64,000 nucleotides of DNA, taken from assembly GCA_003344405.1 (NCBI GenBank), contig NOWV01000215.1, positions 1 through 64,000 on the forward strand, written 5' to 3'. Numbering within the stretch: the first letter of the stretch is position 1; every line of letters begins with the position of its first letter. Both the position numbers and the translations under genes were made by a program. Source of the stretch: Trichoplax sp. H2. Taxonomy: Eukaryota. Below, in pieces: positions 1-13,260 of the stretch. The notes below the pieces were generated by a model. It was not told the origin of the DNA, did not search any database, and was given only the letters and a program-made list of their open reading frames with translations.

Positions 1-975
1 GGATCCAATGAAGGATGAACAATATCTAAAACCTTTCCGTCCGATCCCGGATGCCAAACTTCTTTAAACCGATCAGATAATAGATATTTGTCTACGGCTT
101 CGTTAAAAGTTATATAGGATAAATCATCTTTCGTAACAATTCCTTCGGATTGGAGTAAGGAGTCGCCGCATACCTTTCTTTCCCCTCGCAAACGTAACAA
201 ATCTGATATCGCCCGTCTGATTTCTGCCTCCTTGTATTTTTCTGCATTTTGTAACTCTTGCTTCCATTTTTCACAATATTTGAAGATCTTACTCTCCCAG
301 TCAACCTTTGCCATACAAGCATCTTTGATAGCCACGACATTAGAATTATTACTAGGGATTCGCCAAGTATCTATAAATACCCGGATAAGGTATCTGGCTA
401 ATTCAGGATCTTCGTAGAAAGTCGGCTCCATCATAGGATGATGTTGGTAATTTCCTTGCAATTTAAGAAGATAATGCACTACATCATAACATTGACCACG
501 ACAAGCCCAGCGGAAACCTTGATAGTTCCGGACAGAAACATCTACACCAATCGCTACCAGTTTTTCAAGTGAGCCAATGCTTCCGTGGTGACATGCCCAT
601 CTCCATGCGTATTCATCTTCAACGCCAATAATTTCTTTCCCAATATTCTTCCGGAATATTTTCACTCATATCAAATCTAAAAGCTAACATGGTGAAATTG
701 ACCCTCGACGTCTTTTCCATGTAAGGCAGAATACGACTTGACATAAAATCGAATAAAGGTTCTGCTTCGCTACTATATTCATCTTCACTGAATCTGAAAA
801 AGTTAATCCACTCACCATCGTCATCTATATCTATATCAAATAATTTCGCTATTTCCTTTTTGCGTTCTTCTGAAGATTTATCGAAGAATTGTTCTATTTC
901 TGTTATGGTTTCTTCTTCAATGCTATCGAAGTCTCCATATTTCATGTTTTCCATTAATTCTTTTACTTCTTCCAT
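1..975 (-). pseudogene. Frameshifted tandem paralog of the ankyrin-like/DUF4246-type gene at 3978-5837 (3' part lies left of the window)
   Basis: Bases 1-~720 align with 4849-~5567 (offset 4848) with only about a dozen substitutions. An extra T near 636 (TTCTTTCCCAATA vs TTCTTCCCAATA) shifts the frame and gives a stop at 619. A sequencing error in the T run cannot be excluded. Confidence 0.75.
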
Positions 976-2994
976 TTTGTGTCAAATAATAGGCCAATCT
1001 ATACTTACTGTCGCTTAAAAATCTCTGAGTATATCACTAAAACTTCTAGCTATAACAATAAACTTTTCCTGCATAACCATGGAAATGCATTAGTCCAACT
1101 GACAAACAGGACCGCATGGCCTTCAGTTTTAGTTAGTAATCAAATAACAGTTATTTATAATCCATTAATAATTAATAATATGTAAAGTACTGCATACTAA
1201 TTCGGTGTGCTACCTCACTTACTTAGCACGCTATACATTGCAGGCTCATAACTGTATTTATCAGCTCAACCTGTTGAGCATAATTAATAATGTAGTAACA
1301 CTAGCTGAACACGCCCCATGCCATACGAATGAAAGTTCTGATATTATCAAGAAGTTAATGTTATGCAGATGCATAAGAAGTATCTTGAGTGGAATTGAAA
1401 TCTAATTTCGATAATAACTTGTAGCATTTAACTATGGCGTTACTTTCTTCAGCAATATAGTTATACAAATTAAGAAATATTAACGTAGAAAATAGCTGTT
1501 TGAGCACAGTGAGGGATTCTATCACACCTTAATTAATGACTACGAATTCAGCTATTAAGACCAGTACTCAGTTCTGCCTTAGGCAAATTTACTAATTCAA
1601 GACTTAGGGTTTTGCTAACTTCTATAGTGCGGTATAGCAATGCCAAGTGATTGTAATATTAGCAATAAACAATTACTTCAAACTTATAGTTTTTACTTAG
1701 ATCAAAGACATTCATAGAGTTTTTACGAGTGAATAACGACCATACTGTATACAGAAACAAAATTACTTTTTTCAATCAGTGCCAAATGAGAATAGGATGC
1801 TTTTTATTTCAATCTAAAGCATCTTTAGGGTTTCCGTTTTCTTATCATGTTGTATCATTCATACATGCAAATATATTTTGAATCAGCATCAAAAGTGTGC
1901 TTCAAAAATGTTATTTTCAGGAAGATCTGAGATATTTCTAGATTTGAAATTGAAATCGCATTTCTGAATCGGCACCGAGTGAAGAATTGAAATAGGCAAT
2001 ATTCTATTCAAATCTATGCGAAGACCGGCCTACTACTCTTCTACAGAGCTTTACTATTTATCTCGATAATACCTTCTAAATCCATTGCTAACACGAAATT
2101 CCATTGTCATAGTTTATAGCAACGGATACACTAGTAGGAAGTACGGTATTTCGCCATAAAATATTGATCCGAATAATAAATGGCTATATTACAAATTAAA
2201 TTCAGTCTTTCGTATACTGTATTTTGTATCCAAGCTTATAGGATTTATGCTACATTGTAATAATTACGTATAATCAAACATTAAATTAAATCATGCACGT
2301 GCAGTGCATGCATTGGTCCTCAATCAACCATCGGCTTAGAATCGAAGTACTCAACTTGTTGTAAACATCAATAATTATTTAATAAATCATTAGTGGCCAT
2401 TTTCTTATCAGAAATAGTTACTTTTTATAAAATATGTAAGATTTCACTCCAAATATTTATAGTTATCAATTGAGTTTACTGACTGTGAAGAACAAGCATA
2501 CGATATATTAGCAGACAAATCAATGTAATACTACTAATATCAACTAATGTAGCGACCAAATAGCCAACCACGAATTAGATAATAAAATTTCTCTTGAATC
2601 TTGGTGACAATTTAACAGCTTAACTATTAAGAATTGTTACGCCAAACTTTTTCCACATCACTAAGAAAAATGGAAAGCTAAGAGCTATACTGTGTTACAG
2701 TACATTAAGGTAACTGGAAAACTCTTATTACGTATATCACTAAATAGTACCATATGTACTGCTATAAAGCTAATATTGCGTTAACATGCTTCACGGTATT
2801 ACAGAACAGTACAGTAAATTATCGTATAGCAACTAAGTACAATAACGACGCCTACATGAATGTCGTATTATTACATTAGTGCTGCATTAGGAACGACGAT
2901 TTATCATTTGTCCAATATGTTTGTATCATGATTGCACTGTAAGTAAAACAAGGATCGAGTAGAAAGAGCATCAAGTACTGTAGCCTCAATATTA

Positions 2995-3285
2995 GTTACC
3001 ATTTGAGCCATTTATCTAGAATTCATGCTAAAATTATTATAATTATCGTTACCCGAGTGAATGAACATTACTTCTTGCTATGTAACAATCTACAACAGAT
3101 ACATCATCCTCTATATAGTATATTGCCGCCTTTCTGGGCATAGTACAGTTATCACTTGAACCATTTATCTAGAAATCATGGTAAAATTATTACAATTATC
3201 ATTACCCGAGTTAGTGAACATTACTTCTTACTAAGTTATAATCTGCAATAGATACCGAACCTCTAACACCTATTTCTGGGTATAG
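2995..3285. repeat. Two-copy degenerate tandem repeat, ~153-bp period
   Basis: CCATTTATCTAGAA(T/A)TCATG(C/G)TAAAATTATTA(T/C)AATTATC(G/A)TTACCCGAGT...GAACATTACTTCTT starts at 3008 and again at 3161. Confidence 0.85.
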
Positions 3286-3545
3286 GGTTGTCTTATAAAC
3301 TGTGCTGCAATTCTTCCAGCTTTACTATCAAAAAGATTTATCACTGATAACCCCCTTTCAGCATCGATTCTAGGACAATTTTCTCCTGGGCAGTTGTTGA
3401 AGCAATAGGTGAAACAGGTGTTGCTAATACGTCATGGTCAGCACCGAAAGTAAGAACTAAATACTGTACTATACCATGAGTAAGATCCTTCCGTCGAAGG
3501 TCATTGATCTGTTTGGTTGATTCATACGATTTGTTCCCTATATCG
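3085..3545 (-). pseudogene. Decayed relic of the LSD1 terminal exon and flank
   Basis: Blocks such as ATAGGGTTGTC..ATAAACTG..CTG.AATTCTTCCAGCTT and GCAGTTGTTGAAGCA.TAGGTGAAACAGGTG.TGC, plus GCACCG.AAG and TAAGATCCTT.CG, match 8036-8395 collinearly, with indels and no intact frame. Confidence 0.8.
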
Positions 3546-3977
3546 ACCTAAAATTATCTTTTTGTTTGCATTTTATGCATGGTATAGTTAACAATATTTC
3601 TTCGCTTTCCAACGCTGTTGGATGGAATTTTGAAGAATAAATCAGATCGCTGATTATCATTTTTCCTTTTTATTTTAGGGTTTATTAGAAGGAGACCATC
3701 GACTGATAGTGTAAACAGTCACATAGTCAAGTATTCAGTTTCAATTTTCTTTCAAATTTATTACCAGAGTCTGCTCGAGACTAATAAATGGATACATATC
3801 ACAGCCATTAAATTCTTAAGTCCACGTTTAAACGGATTTAAAATGATGGTAAAACAATGTTTCATTATATTTATAGCACTAATTTTACTAATACAGTTTA
3901 CTATAACAATCAATTTTTTGCTATTTACATATTTTGTGGAACGACTGCCTTATCTAAAAAGTTTCATCTAAAGGAAA

Positions 3978-5837
3978 TTAATGTTCACACAGACTTATAG
4001 TCTCGTCATAGTTTGCCTGTAAAAGTACCTTTTTTCTTTCTTCTATTATTTTTTCGAAATGGGCCATATCGTATAAAGGAGGACTATTATCCTTTTTTTC
4101 TGAAATATGGTTTGCAGGGTCTACTAAAAAATAACAGAGTATCCTTCTCATTCCATCTGATTTTGCGGTGAATGGTAATACCTTATGTTGATATTTGTTA
4201 AAGAATACGATACATCTGCCTTTTTTAGCTTGTAACGATCCAATTGGCTTGATTGTCGATTCGCTGTCATGTACATCATTTATCTCTGCAACTGGGTCAT
4301 GGAAATTCTGTTGATAAGACGTCAAATCTTCGAATTCGTCAATCCATTTCCTAAATGCCAATCTTGACGTATATATTCCTTGAATATCGGTATAACATAC
4401 AGCACTGGCAACTATTTTTTCATTTGTTGTTCCTTCCACATGCCAACTTCCACCTGGGTATGATTCTCCCTTTTTTAACCTTATTTCTGCGATTTTAACG
4501 ATGACTTGAAGTTTTCTATTTCGAAGGCTTATTTTATTATGTTTAGAATCATCTTCATCATATGAACGCTTTCTGGATGATTGGTAATAACAATCATTTG
4601 CGTTTAAAACATCTTCAAAAGCGGGCAGTACATCTTTTAATGAGGAAGTTATTGAATCGTAAATGGCCTTGTCTAAATCTCTCGATAAATTTCCGATGTT
4701 TCCTGAGATAGCTATGTTTCCCAAATCGTCTACAGTGACATCTACTGCTGGCCATTGATATTTAGACGAAATAGGAGCAGTTTGTAAGAAATACAAACTC
4801 GAGGGCATATTATTCCAGTCTTTACTCGGAGCAATTCCGTGGATAATAGGATCCAATGAAGGATGAACAATATCTAAAACCTTTCCGTCCGATCCCGGAT
4901 GCCAAACTTCTTTAAACCGATCAGATAATAGATATTTGTCTACGGCTTCGTTAAAAGTTATATAGGATAAATTATCTTTCGTAACAATTCCTTCGGATTG
5001 GAGTAAAGTGTCGCCGCATACCTTTCTTTCCCCTCGCAAACGTAACAAATCTGATATCGCCCGTCTGATTTCCGCCTCCTTGTATTTTTCTGCATTTTGT
5101 AACTCTTGCTTCCATTTTTCACAATATTTGAAGATCTTACTCTCCCAGTCAACCTTTGCCATACAAGCATCTTTGATAGCCACGACATTAGAATTATTAC
5201 TAGGGATTCGCCAAGTATCTATAAATACCCGGATAAGGTATCTGGCTAATTCAGGATCTTCGTAGAAAGTCGGCTCCATCATAGGATGATGTTGGTAATT
5301 TCCTTGCAATTTAAGAAGATAATGCACTACATCATAACATTGACCACGACAAGCCCAGCGGAAACCTTGATAGTTCCGGACAGAAACATCTACACCGATC
5401 GCTACCAGTTTTTCAAGTGAGTTCAGGCTTCCGTGGTGACATGCCCATCTCCATGCGTATTCATCTTTAACGCCAATAATTTCTTCCCAATATTTTTTCG
5501 GAATATTTTCACTCATATCAAATCTAAAAGCTAACATGGTGAAATTGACCCTCGACGTCTTTTCCATACGCGGTAGAATACGACTATTTATAAAATTGAT
5601 TACAGATTCTATAGCCCTACTGTAACTGGTACCGTTGTAGGTATCTGTGCACTCTTTGAAAAAGATGATCCACCCATCATCATCTTCAATATCTATATCA
5701 AATAAATCTGCTATTTCCTTTTTGCGTTCTTCTGAAGATTCATCGAAGAATTGTTCTACTTCCGTCAGGCTTTCTTCTTCAATGCTATCCAACTCTCCAT
5801 ATTTCATGTTTTCAATCAATTCTTTTACTTGTTCCAT
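3978..5837 (-). CDS. Intronless 619-aa protein: acidic N-terminus, two ankyrin-like repeats, C-terminal DUF4246-type domain (putative 2OG-Fe(II) dioxygenase fold)
   Basis: Uninterrupted ORF. AWRWACHHGSLNSLEKLV and GFRWACRGQCYDVVHYLL are ankyrin-like. LQVIVKIAEIRL..YPGGSWHVEG..NEKIVASAVCY, GRCIVFFNKYQHKVLPF and RRILCYFLVDP match motifs I recall for DUF4246 proteins. Confidence 0.8.
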   Translation of the reverse strand: MEQVKELIENMKYGELDSIEEESLTEVEQFFDESSEERKKEIADLFDIDIEDDDGWIIFFKECTDTYNGTSYSRAIESVINFINSRILPRMEKTSRVNFTMLAFRFDMSENIPKKYWEEIIGVKDEYAWRWACHHGSLNSLEKLVAIGVDVSVRNYQGFRWACRGQCYDVVHYLLKLQGNYQHHPMMEPTFYEDPELARYLIRVFIDTWRIPSNNSNVVAIKDACMAKVDWESKIFKYCEKWKQELQNAEKYKEAEIRRAISDLLRLRGERKVCGDTLLQSEGIVTKDNLSYITFNEAVDKYLLSDRFKEVWHPGSDGKVLDIVHPSLDPIIHGIAPSKDWNNMPSSLYFLQTAPISSKYQWPAVDVTVDDLGNIAISGNIGNLSRDLDKAIYDSITSSLKDVLPAFEDVLNANDCYYQSSRKRSYDEDDSKHNKISLRNRKLQVIVKIAEIRLKKGESYPGGSWHVEGTTNEKIVASAVCYTDIQGIYTSRLAFRKWIDEFEDLTSYQQNFHDPVAEINDVHDSESTIKPIGSLQAKKGRCIVFFNKYQHKVLPFTAKSDGMRRILCYFLVDPANHISEKKDNSPPLYDMAHFEKIIEERKKVLLQANYDETISLCEH

Positions 5838-5996
5838 TTTGTATCCAACAACAAAAACAATTTCAGTGAAGATGATAATCTAGATAGCGCTTAAAACTCT
5901 CTTAACTTGATGCAGTTTATAGGTGCAATTAGAAGCAAAGATGAAATTTATTTTGCTGCTTAAACCATTGAAATGAGTCAGTTTGCAACTAGCAGA

Positions 5997-6090
5997 TACT
6001 GTACTGTAGAGTACAGTACTATACACGGTATACAGTACAGTATGTACTGTACTGGGCTGGAGTGGATGGTACTGTATACTGTACTGTACA
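5997..6090. repeat. TACAG/CTGTA pentamer array upstream of the DUF4246-type gene (more copies at 6250-6490)
   Basis: TACTGTACTGTAGAGTACAGTACTATACACGGTATACAGTACAGTATGTACTGTACTG...ACTGTATACTGTACTGTACAG. Confidence 0.8.
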
Positions 6091-8063
6091 GCAACTAACG
6101 AATAAAATAAATGATGCAGGCTGTATCATGCCAGCATCGTTATTTGGAGTTAATTACCCTAACTGCGTACGCAACCCTAACCCTAAAAAATCTCCCGCAA
6201 AAATAGGCTGACAGATTCCGTAAATTCCAACGTTTTTAAGTCATCGTACAAAATACAGTACTGTACAGAGTCTTGTAGTAACAACTACAGTATTAGCTAC
6301 TCAACTATCAAACTATCCAGAACGTTTTGTTTGCTGAATGTTGAAAACTCTATTGTTATCTATTTCCATACGCTTATGACCAACTGTACAGTACATTCTA
6401 TACAGTACAGTATAGTAGCTAGAGATAAACATGGTTTTAGTAAAAGAGTAAGACGCGCTCGGTCTTCTACCATATACAGTACTGTACTGTGCTTTATTAG
6501 CTCTGAATATACGCGTATATGAATTATAATTGAAATAAAAATAAGCTGCTTTACTCATAACATTATTATAAAATAGCTGTTTACTAGCAAATCTCATTTA
6601 ATCGATTTCATAGGAAATTACAGTGCTATATAAAGTTGGGATTATATTGTTGGCCTAATTCTGTGTTCTTAGAAATTGTACTTCGGCTGGATATATAATA
6701 TAAGTTATAATATAATACAGACCTCTGCTCTATCTACCGCACGGAAGTGTAAATAACAGAAAATACTTACAGTATTATTTTCTGTGTTAGTAAGAGCCAA
6801 TATCATAAGATGAGAATAAGCAAGCTAGAATTGCTCTATTACGAAATTCATCGGGTAGTAATGTCTATAATAGACGAGATGATTTAAATGATCTTCGAAC
6901 ACAATTATTTATTCGTCTACATTGGTAGCAAAGTCTTAATAATCTCTAATTAGAGATTAGCATCGGGAGGGTCAATTTGGTGTAATGTGTTTATGTACGT
7001 ACACTTGTTCATTTTATCGAGCGTTAGCATAGAAAGTATTTCAGTACTGCAATATTCTTTCGGAAATAACTCGCGTGACACTGTCTAAAATCTATCGAAT
7101 GTCACGTAGAATGTATAATAAGTATAATAAAAAGAATATTTCCTAAACGCTTAGAAATATGGACTTGCAATTTAAATGAGTCAGACCATCGATGAATAAT
7201 CAAGATTCATAATTTCTTCAGAATATTAAATAATAAATTTATGCAGAAAATAATCATGTAAAATACTTTGGATACCGTTAATTTAGAATGTATACCGAAC
7301 GTTTTTACAACATTTAAAGCCACGTATAGTTATCTACTCCTTTAATGTGATTACTGTACTTAATTCGTTAACTGAACTCCATTTAAAGTATACTCTGAGA
7401 TATTAGCTCATTAGATTGATTTCAAATATCGAAAATGTTTATTTTGATTGCGCAATTTCACACAGTGAACTTACTATGTGTAAATTAAGAAAATCGAAAT
7501 CTTCCCAGTACTACTTTAACGAAATTGGAAACATAAATAAGCTACAAAATAGAACTGCCCATAGCTAGCCTAGTCGCAATACACATAGGAACGTGTATAC
7601 AAGCATATGTGCTTGCTGAAAAAGGAAATCTGAAAACTTACTGTGTCTACTCGTATATTAACAGGTCAGGATAAAGCATTGGGATTAGATTATTTTATAT
7701 CAGATCATATGTCACCAAGGCTACCCTTTAAATATCGTGGGCATTTTAAAGCTTTATCATTTGTTGAATATGTCCGATGGCAAACAACATTATTCGACAA
7801 CGGAAATTATGAAGGAGCCTCGATGATATAGTTAATATATAAACCTTATCTAGAAGACAATATAATTAGTTATCACCGTACGTGTACAGAAATAACAGAA
7901 TGGCTAGGTAAAATGTAATTTCTATACTTACAATGATATCTACATTGATCGGCATTTTCAAAGTCAAAAAAAATGTACATGAAATAGACCTTGAAGTATG
8001 AACATCCAATATGAATAACATTAATTTTAGATATCTAACAAGCTACAACAGGCATATCGTCCT

Positions 8064-11000
8064 TTATACATTGCTGTCTTCCGGGGCATAGGGTTGTCCA
8101 ATAAACTGATCTGTAATTCTTCCAGCTTCTCTTAAACCACTCAAAATCGCCCCATGTACCGTGGCAGGATAATTTCTACAAGTATGTTCACCAGCAAAAA
8201 AGACTCGTGGCTGATTAGGACCTTTTTCAACAGTACCTAAAGGCGTTCGGTTTGCAGTTGTTGAAGCATTAGGTGAAACAGGTGATGCCATTATGTCATA
8301 ATCTGCACCGGAAGCGTGAACCCCGACATATGAATAAGATCCTTTCGAAAAAGGGTCACTAAACCATCGTGAAATACAGGTTTCCTTTGGCTAGAATTGT
8401 AATTATAATCAAGCATTATAATTATCGTAAAACAAGTTGATGTCTAAAAGGATTTCTAATAGCAGAACCTTACCTGCGGTACATTATTAGCACCAAAGAT
8501 ACCTTTCAGGATTGCTACGGTTCGAGCGACAATAGTATCGTCGGAAATGTTTTCAATCGCTTCAGCAGCTTCGCCAGCGATTAGAGCGATTAAAACTGGA
8601 CTTCGTTTCGTTGACCAAAATAAGAAAAGCTCACCTCTATCGCTCGTACAGGAATTTACATGGCCAAATAAATTGCTTTTCGAGTTCCAGAATATGCTTT
8701 CGAAACACAGTACAACCTTCGTTCATTTGAGGTGCAGATACAATTAGTGACGGGGAAAATCATGTTCAAATAATATTATAAATTACGGTTATTAAGATAG
8801 TACCTTGTTAAGATTTCCGTACCCAAGCCTCTTAATGCCATTTGTCTTCCATTCAGGAAGAGGAGGATTAAATTGTATTAAAGAAGGATTATACTTATAG
8901 ATTCCCAGTGGAACAGTCATCAGGACAGCATCGCCGCAAAATTTAGTTGTAGTATTGTCACTGCCGCCACTTTCATAGTTTGACTGCGTTATGATTTCTA
9001 CTCCTGAAATATTCACATAATAATGTCGGCTTTATCACGGAAGAGAAGTTGATGGATAGAGATACAAAACAGTGCCATAGTACTATAACTAGAGACAATT
9101 CTCATTTTTAAGGCTAAAATACCGTACCTCTTTCATTGTAATTGATATTTCTTACGGTTGTATTTAGCTTTATATTTAATCCATCAGCAAGGGCTTCAGG
9201 AACACATGAATAGCCATTTTTTACAATCAAGTGAGCACCAGAAAATTCGAAATCATCATCTTGATCCCAATATTTCAGAGATAGCCTTTTTAGTGGACAT
9301 GCATTCGCAAACTCCAAATTGGCAAAATGCCAATTTAGTATTTGGCAGTCTCTTGGAGATAGGTACACATCACTAGCAAATGTAAAGGATGGTATTACTT
9401 ATCCAAACATAAGAACACTAAAAGACATCAAAATTTTTTATTTTGAATGTAACATAAATCGCAATTAAATCGTACCTTGGTGGGTTTGATTCCAAAAGAG
9501 ATAATTTCTGTTGAATTTCCTGTTGTTTACTAAGAAGTGAATCATGCTCCTGGAAAAACAGAGACCATATGAGGCATAAATGAGAAATACTATCCAAGTG
9601 AAAGTGTAGCAGAAGCGTTGCTACACTGCTACAATTTCCCAATAAGACATAATCGAAACAAACTATCTGATGGTCTTTTTACCTTAAATAAAGATACTAA
9701 TTCTCTAGCTTTGCTTCTAGCTTGAAATTCATTGTCAATACTGCTGTAAAAAACACCAACTCCTCAGCACTGATATCAGTATTTCAAGACTAGATTCCTT
9801 ACTACCATAGCATTTTGAGTTAGCTAGCGATACCTTACAACTCACCTTGGCTGTTTCTTGGCATCAACACCAACGTGTTCTCTATGTATTTGAACGATAT
9901 CAGTCTGCACAGTAATCAACTAAATATCACAAATGTAAGTAGCATTCGTATCAAGAATAGTATTATTCCAAGAATGAATATTAAGAAGAATTTCAAATAC
10001 CTGTCTCTTGACAGCTAGACATTGGTCCTGCAGCTCATTGATTCTTTTATAATGTTGAATCAAATCTTCTTTCACTTGTCGCTCTCGAAGTCTAAAATCG
10101 TTATCGATTATAGCTACTTAGTCATCCAAACAAGCACAAGTACATTACAAATAATGCTAGATTTGTATGAGAAAACTAAGTAATGATAGCGCTAGATTCA
10201 CACAGTATCTACTACTAACAGCCTTACAAAATTCAGTAATCAGTTTAATTTCTGTTTTCTAAGAGTATAAATATTACGTATACACACGATATCTAACCTC
10301 TATAAACAACATCATTGATCAATTATATTATCACGCATACAAAACTTAATTTTGTAATAGGATAATCAATTAAAGCTAAATATGCGTGCAGTTGAAAGAA
10401 TATTCATTCTATTACTGTATTGATCATATAAAATAGTCTCTCAACCTATGCTGTTCAATTCAATGATTGATCAATGCAGTCCAAATGCTCAAAGGCAACT
10501 TACTTAATCATAAGTTCTAAAGCTTCTCCTAAAGAAATTGGTTTATCGTCTACGCTATTAAAATCTATTTGATGGGACATATACGAAGTTGCTTCTAGTA
10601 AGCGATTGAATTCAGTTTCCACCATGTTATCTTTATCTTTGGGCACCAGAGAAGAGTAGGACTAATCAAATAGTTTAATACTTTATAAGTGTTGCATTCA
10701 ACTATGACTGAATGAAATTAACGATTATTACTTACCATTTTCCCACTAGTTTCATAAAGTGGACAATCCTGCTTGATTCTTGATAATTCCATAGATATCT
10801 GCTTAGATAAAATATCTATCGGATTTCCGCCTAAATATATGAACATATGCTACATTTATCAATTCTGCCATCAAATATGACATGCTACTGTACAAGGATG
10901 ATGAAATGATGTATCAATTATTTATTAAAAACTCGAAGATACCTAAGCCTGTTATAACCATGGCTCCAAGATCAGCAACCCAGCTTCCTTTAGAAAACGT

Positions 11001-13260
11001 ATTAATCCTTCCACCGACTCTATTCTGTACAGAAAGGAAATAAAACCGGTTACCAATCTGATTAATAGCTATCTGCAAAGGAAAGGACTGTACGTACCCT
11101 CCCTTCAATTACTATGACATCGATGCCAAATGATTGTAGTTGTCGAGCTGCAATTAAACCTGATGCACCGGCTCCAACAATTAAAACGGTTGTTTTTGTA
11201 GCTGTAGAGTTAATATAAAGCAAGTAAGAAAATCATTTTAAGTGCTAGTACAGATGGTCTTTAATTATAATTAATAACCCTGGAAAATAGTAAACATACA
11301 TGTAGGTCTCTTAAGGAGTCTGTAAATACCAAAATTAATCAATCCATAACGCGTTAAATAGCCATGCAAACGCGTTATAAGGTGCCTATTATCTAGAAAA
11401 TTTTCAGAAATTTTTGATTCATATTTGTAGGATTCTAAAATATCATTAATATGCTATTTTGATGTATAATACAATTATTTATCGATATTATACTTACTAT
11501 TATACGGTGCCTGAAATTGTGGAATGGCTGCTTCGATAGTAAGTTCTACCTTGGGATTATTAAGCCATAATTCCAACTAGAGATGATTTAATACATGAAA
11601 TTTATCACATGATCATTTCTATCATCTAAGAGCATCTGACGATAACGAACAATTTATAAAATATTAACTTTAGTTAAGATTACCAAGCGATTCCGAATGT
11701 ATAAAAATGTAGACTTTAGTGAATTGTTTTGAGCGATATCAGGAAAACAATTCATCTCTTGAGGTGTAATTTGATCATGTGGCAAGCGACTTCGAAAGGC
11801 TGCTCCTTCCATTCCTAATCAATTACAAGTTATGAAGTATCAGCCATTAATGGTTCATAAAGACCATGGAATAATGATGATGCAATGTTACTTTCGTTAG
11901 TATTTGAAGTTTTTTACCTTCAGGAATTTCTCCATACTGATCGTCTTCATTAATGGAAGCATCAGAAAATTCTGGTGATAGTTCATCTTCAGTTAATTGA
12001 GCTAATTTCTCGTCCATTTCTCGATATTCAACCTACATTATAAAAGGAATTTACGGAATTATTAAAGGGGCATTTTCTATACCTGCAATGAAGCAGTTAT
12101 AAAGTTTATAAGCCTTTGAGTAAAATCAATTCATACTGTATTATAACTTAAGCAAAATACTTTGTTGTTAGCAAAAAATAATTAATAACAGGAAAAGATT
12201 AATATTTAGTCACGACAACGAGGGTACAGTAAATTGACCATAGTAATAATTTCATTAAAGGGAAACATGAATGATTAATCCACTTAATTAAGCGCTAATC
12301 GCGTAGTATTAGTTGCTAAGGTTATGGTTATACGTGTGGTATACTCGTATGTTGATGGGAAATGGCACTTGTAGATCAGCAGTTCCGTTCAATACACTCG
12401 AGTACAAGAGGCAGGAATGCAAAGAGCGTTATCTCCCCCATAGATGAGTGTAATTGTACCGAATGTATTGGTAGATTGTTGACCACTTGGTAATAAACAG
12501 TTAACGAAGGATTATAGCAGAATACTTCGGTGTTGACTGTTTATGACTCTAATTCGAATAGATTTGATGTGTCATTGTAGCCACGCATTCACTGTTCAAT
12601 CGAATAGTTACAATGCTATGACTTTTTTTTGTATGCAACCTGAAGAAACAAACTGCATATTGCCGGCCCGCGTCAGATCAGATTTTAGAAACGTATATTA
12701 CATACCATACTACAATCAGTGGCACCAACTGCCCTACATACATTTCAATGTTGCATTTATCAGTGATTGTGCCACTAGAAAGATCAGACATGGGGATATT
12801 TTCTCTCGCCGCATTATTGCATTCAACATTATACGCAAAGTAAAGCACTTTCCATTTTCTTGATAATAACCCTTATACCAATACTGTAACTATGGTAAGT
12901 CTGTCAGGTAGATTTAAACTGCCAGTTAGTTATCTTCGATTGAACAAGGAATAATAGTATTTTAGCTTGCTGACTACATTTCCTGTGGAGAATGTTGAAC
13001 GTTATATTGATGCAATAGATCAAGTGCAATGTTAATGGTGAACAATGTACCGTTATTGGGAAAGTGGACATGTCTATTCTGGGACATCTATTAAGTGTTT
13101 TCAGTACTTTGTTTTTCGATAGTGACTGGTGTATTATGATGTATACCTTGGGTCGTTTTCGCTGGCTTTGACGGCGTGTTATTACATCTTCTTCGTCGCT
13201 GTTTCTCGCACCTGGAGAAAGCCACTTATTTTCTGGTACGCTTTGTTTGCTTCCGTTCAT
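8064..13260 (-). CDS. KDM1A: Lysine-specific histone demethylase 1 (SWIRM, amine oxidase and Tower domains), multi-exon
   Basis: Exons encode [38 protein letters not shown] (SWIRM), [22 protein letters not shown] (FAD binding), [47 protein letters not shown] (catalytic Lys retained) and [18 protein letters not shown]. Introns checked are GT-AG. Confidence 0.96.

Noticed and set aside
1780..1990. Recurrent TGAATC(A/G)GCA(T/C)C motif reminiscent of non-autonomous DNA transposon interiors
   Set aside because: No terminal inverted repeats, target-site duplication or second copy visible in the window.
6155..6187. Telomere-like CCCTAA units
   Set aside because: Only three interrupted copies, too short to call an interstitial telomere or a regulatory telo-box.
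3978..13260. Functional coupling of the putative 2OG oxygenase with LSD1 as a demethylase cluster
   Set aside because: Adjacency in a eukaryotic genome is not evidence of a shared pathway, and the genes have separate upstream arrays.
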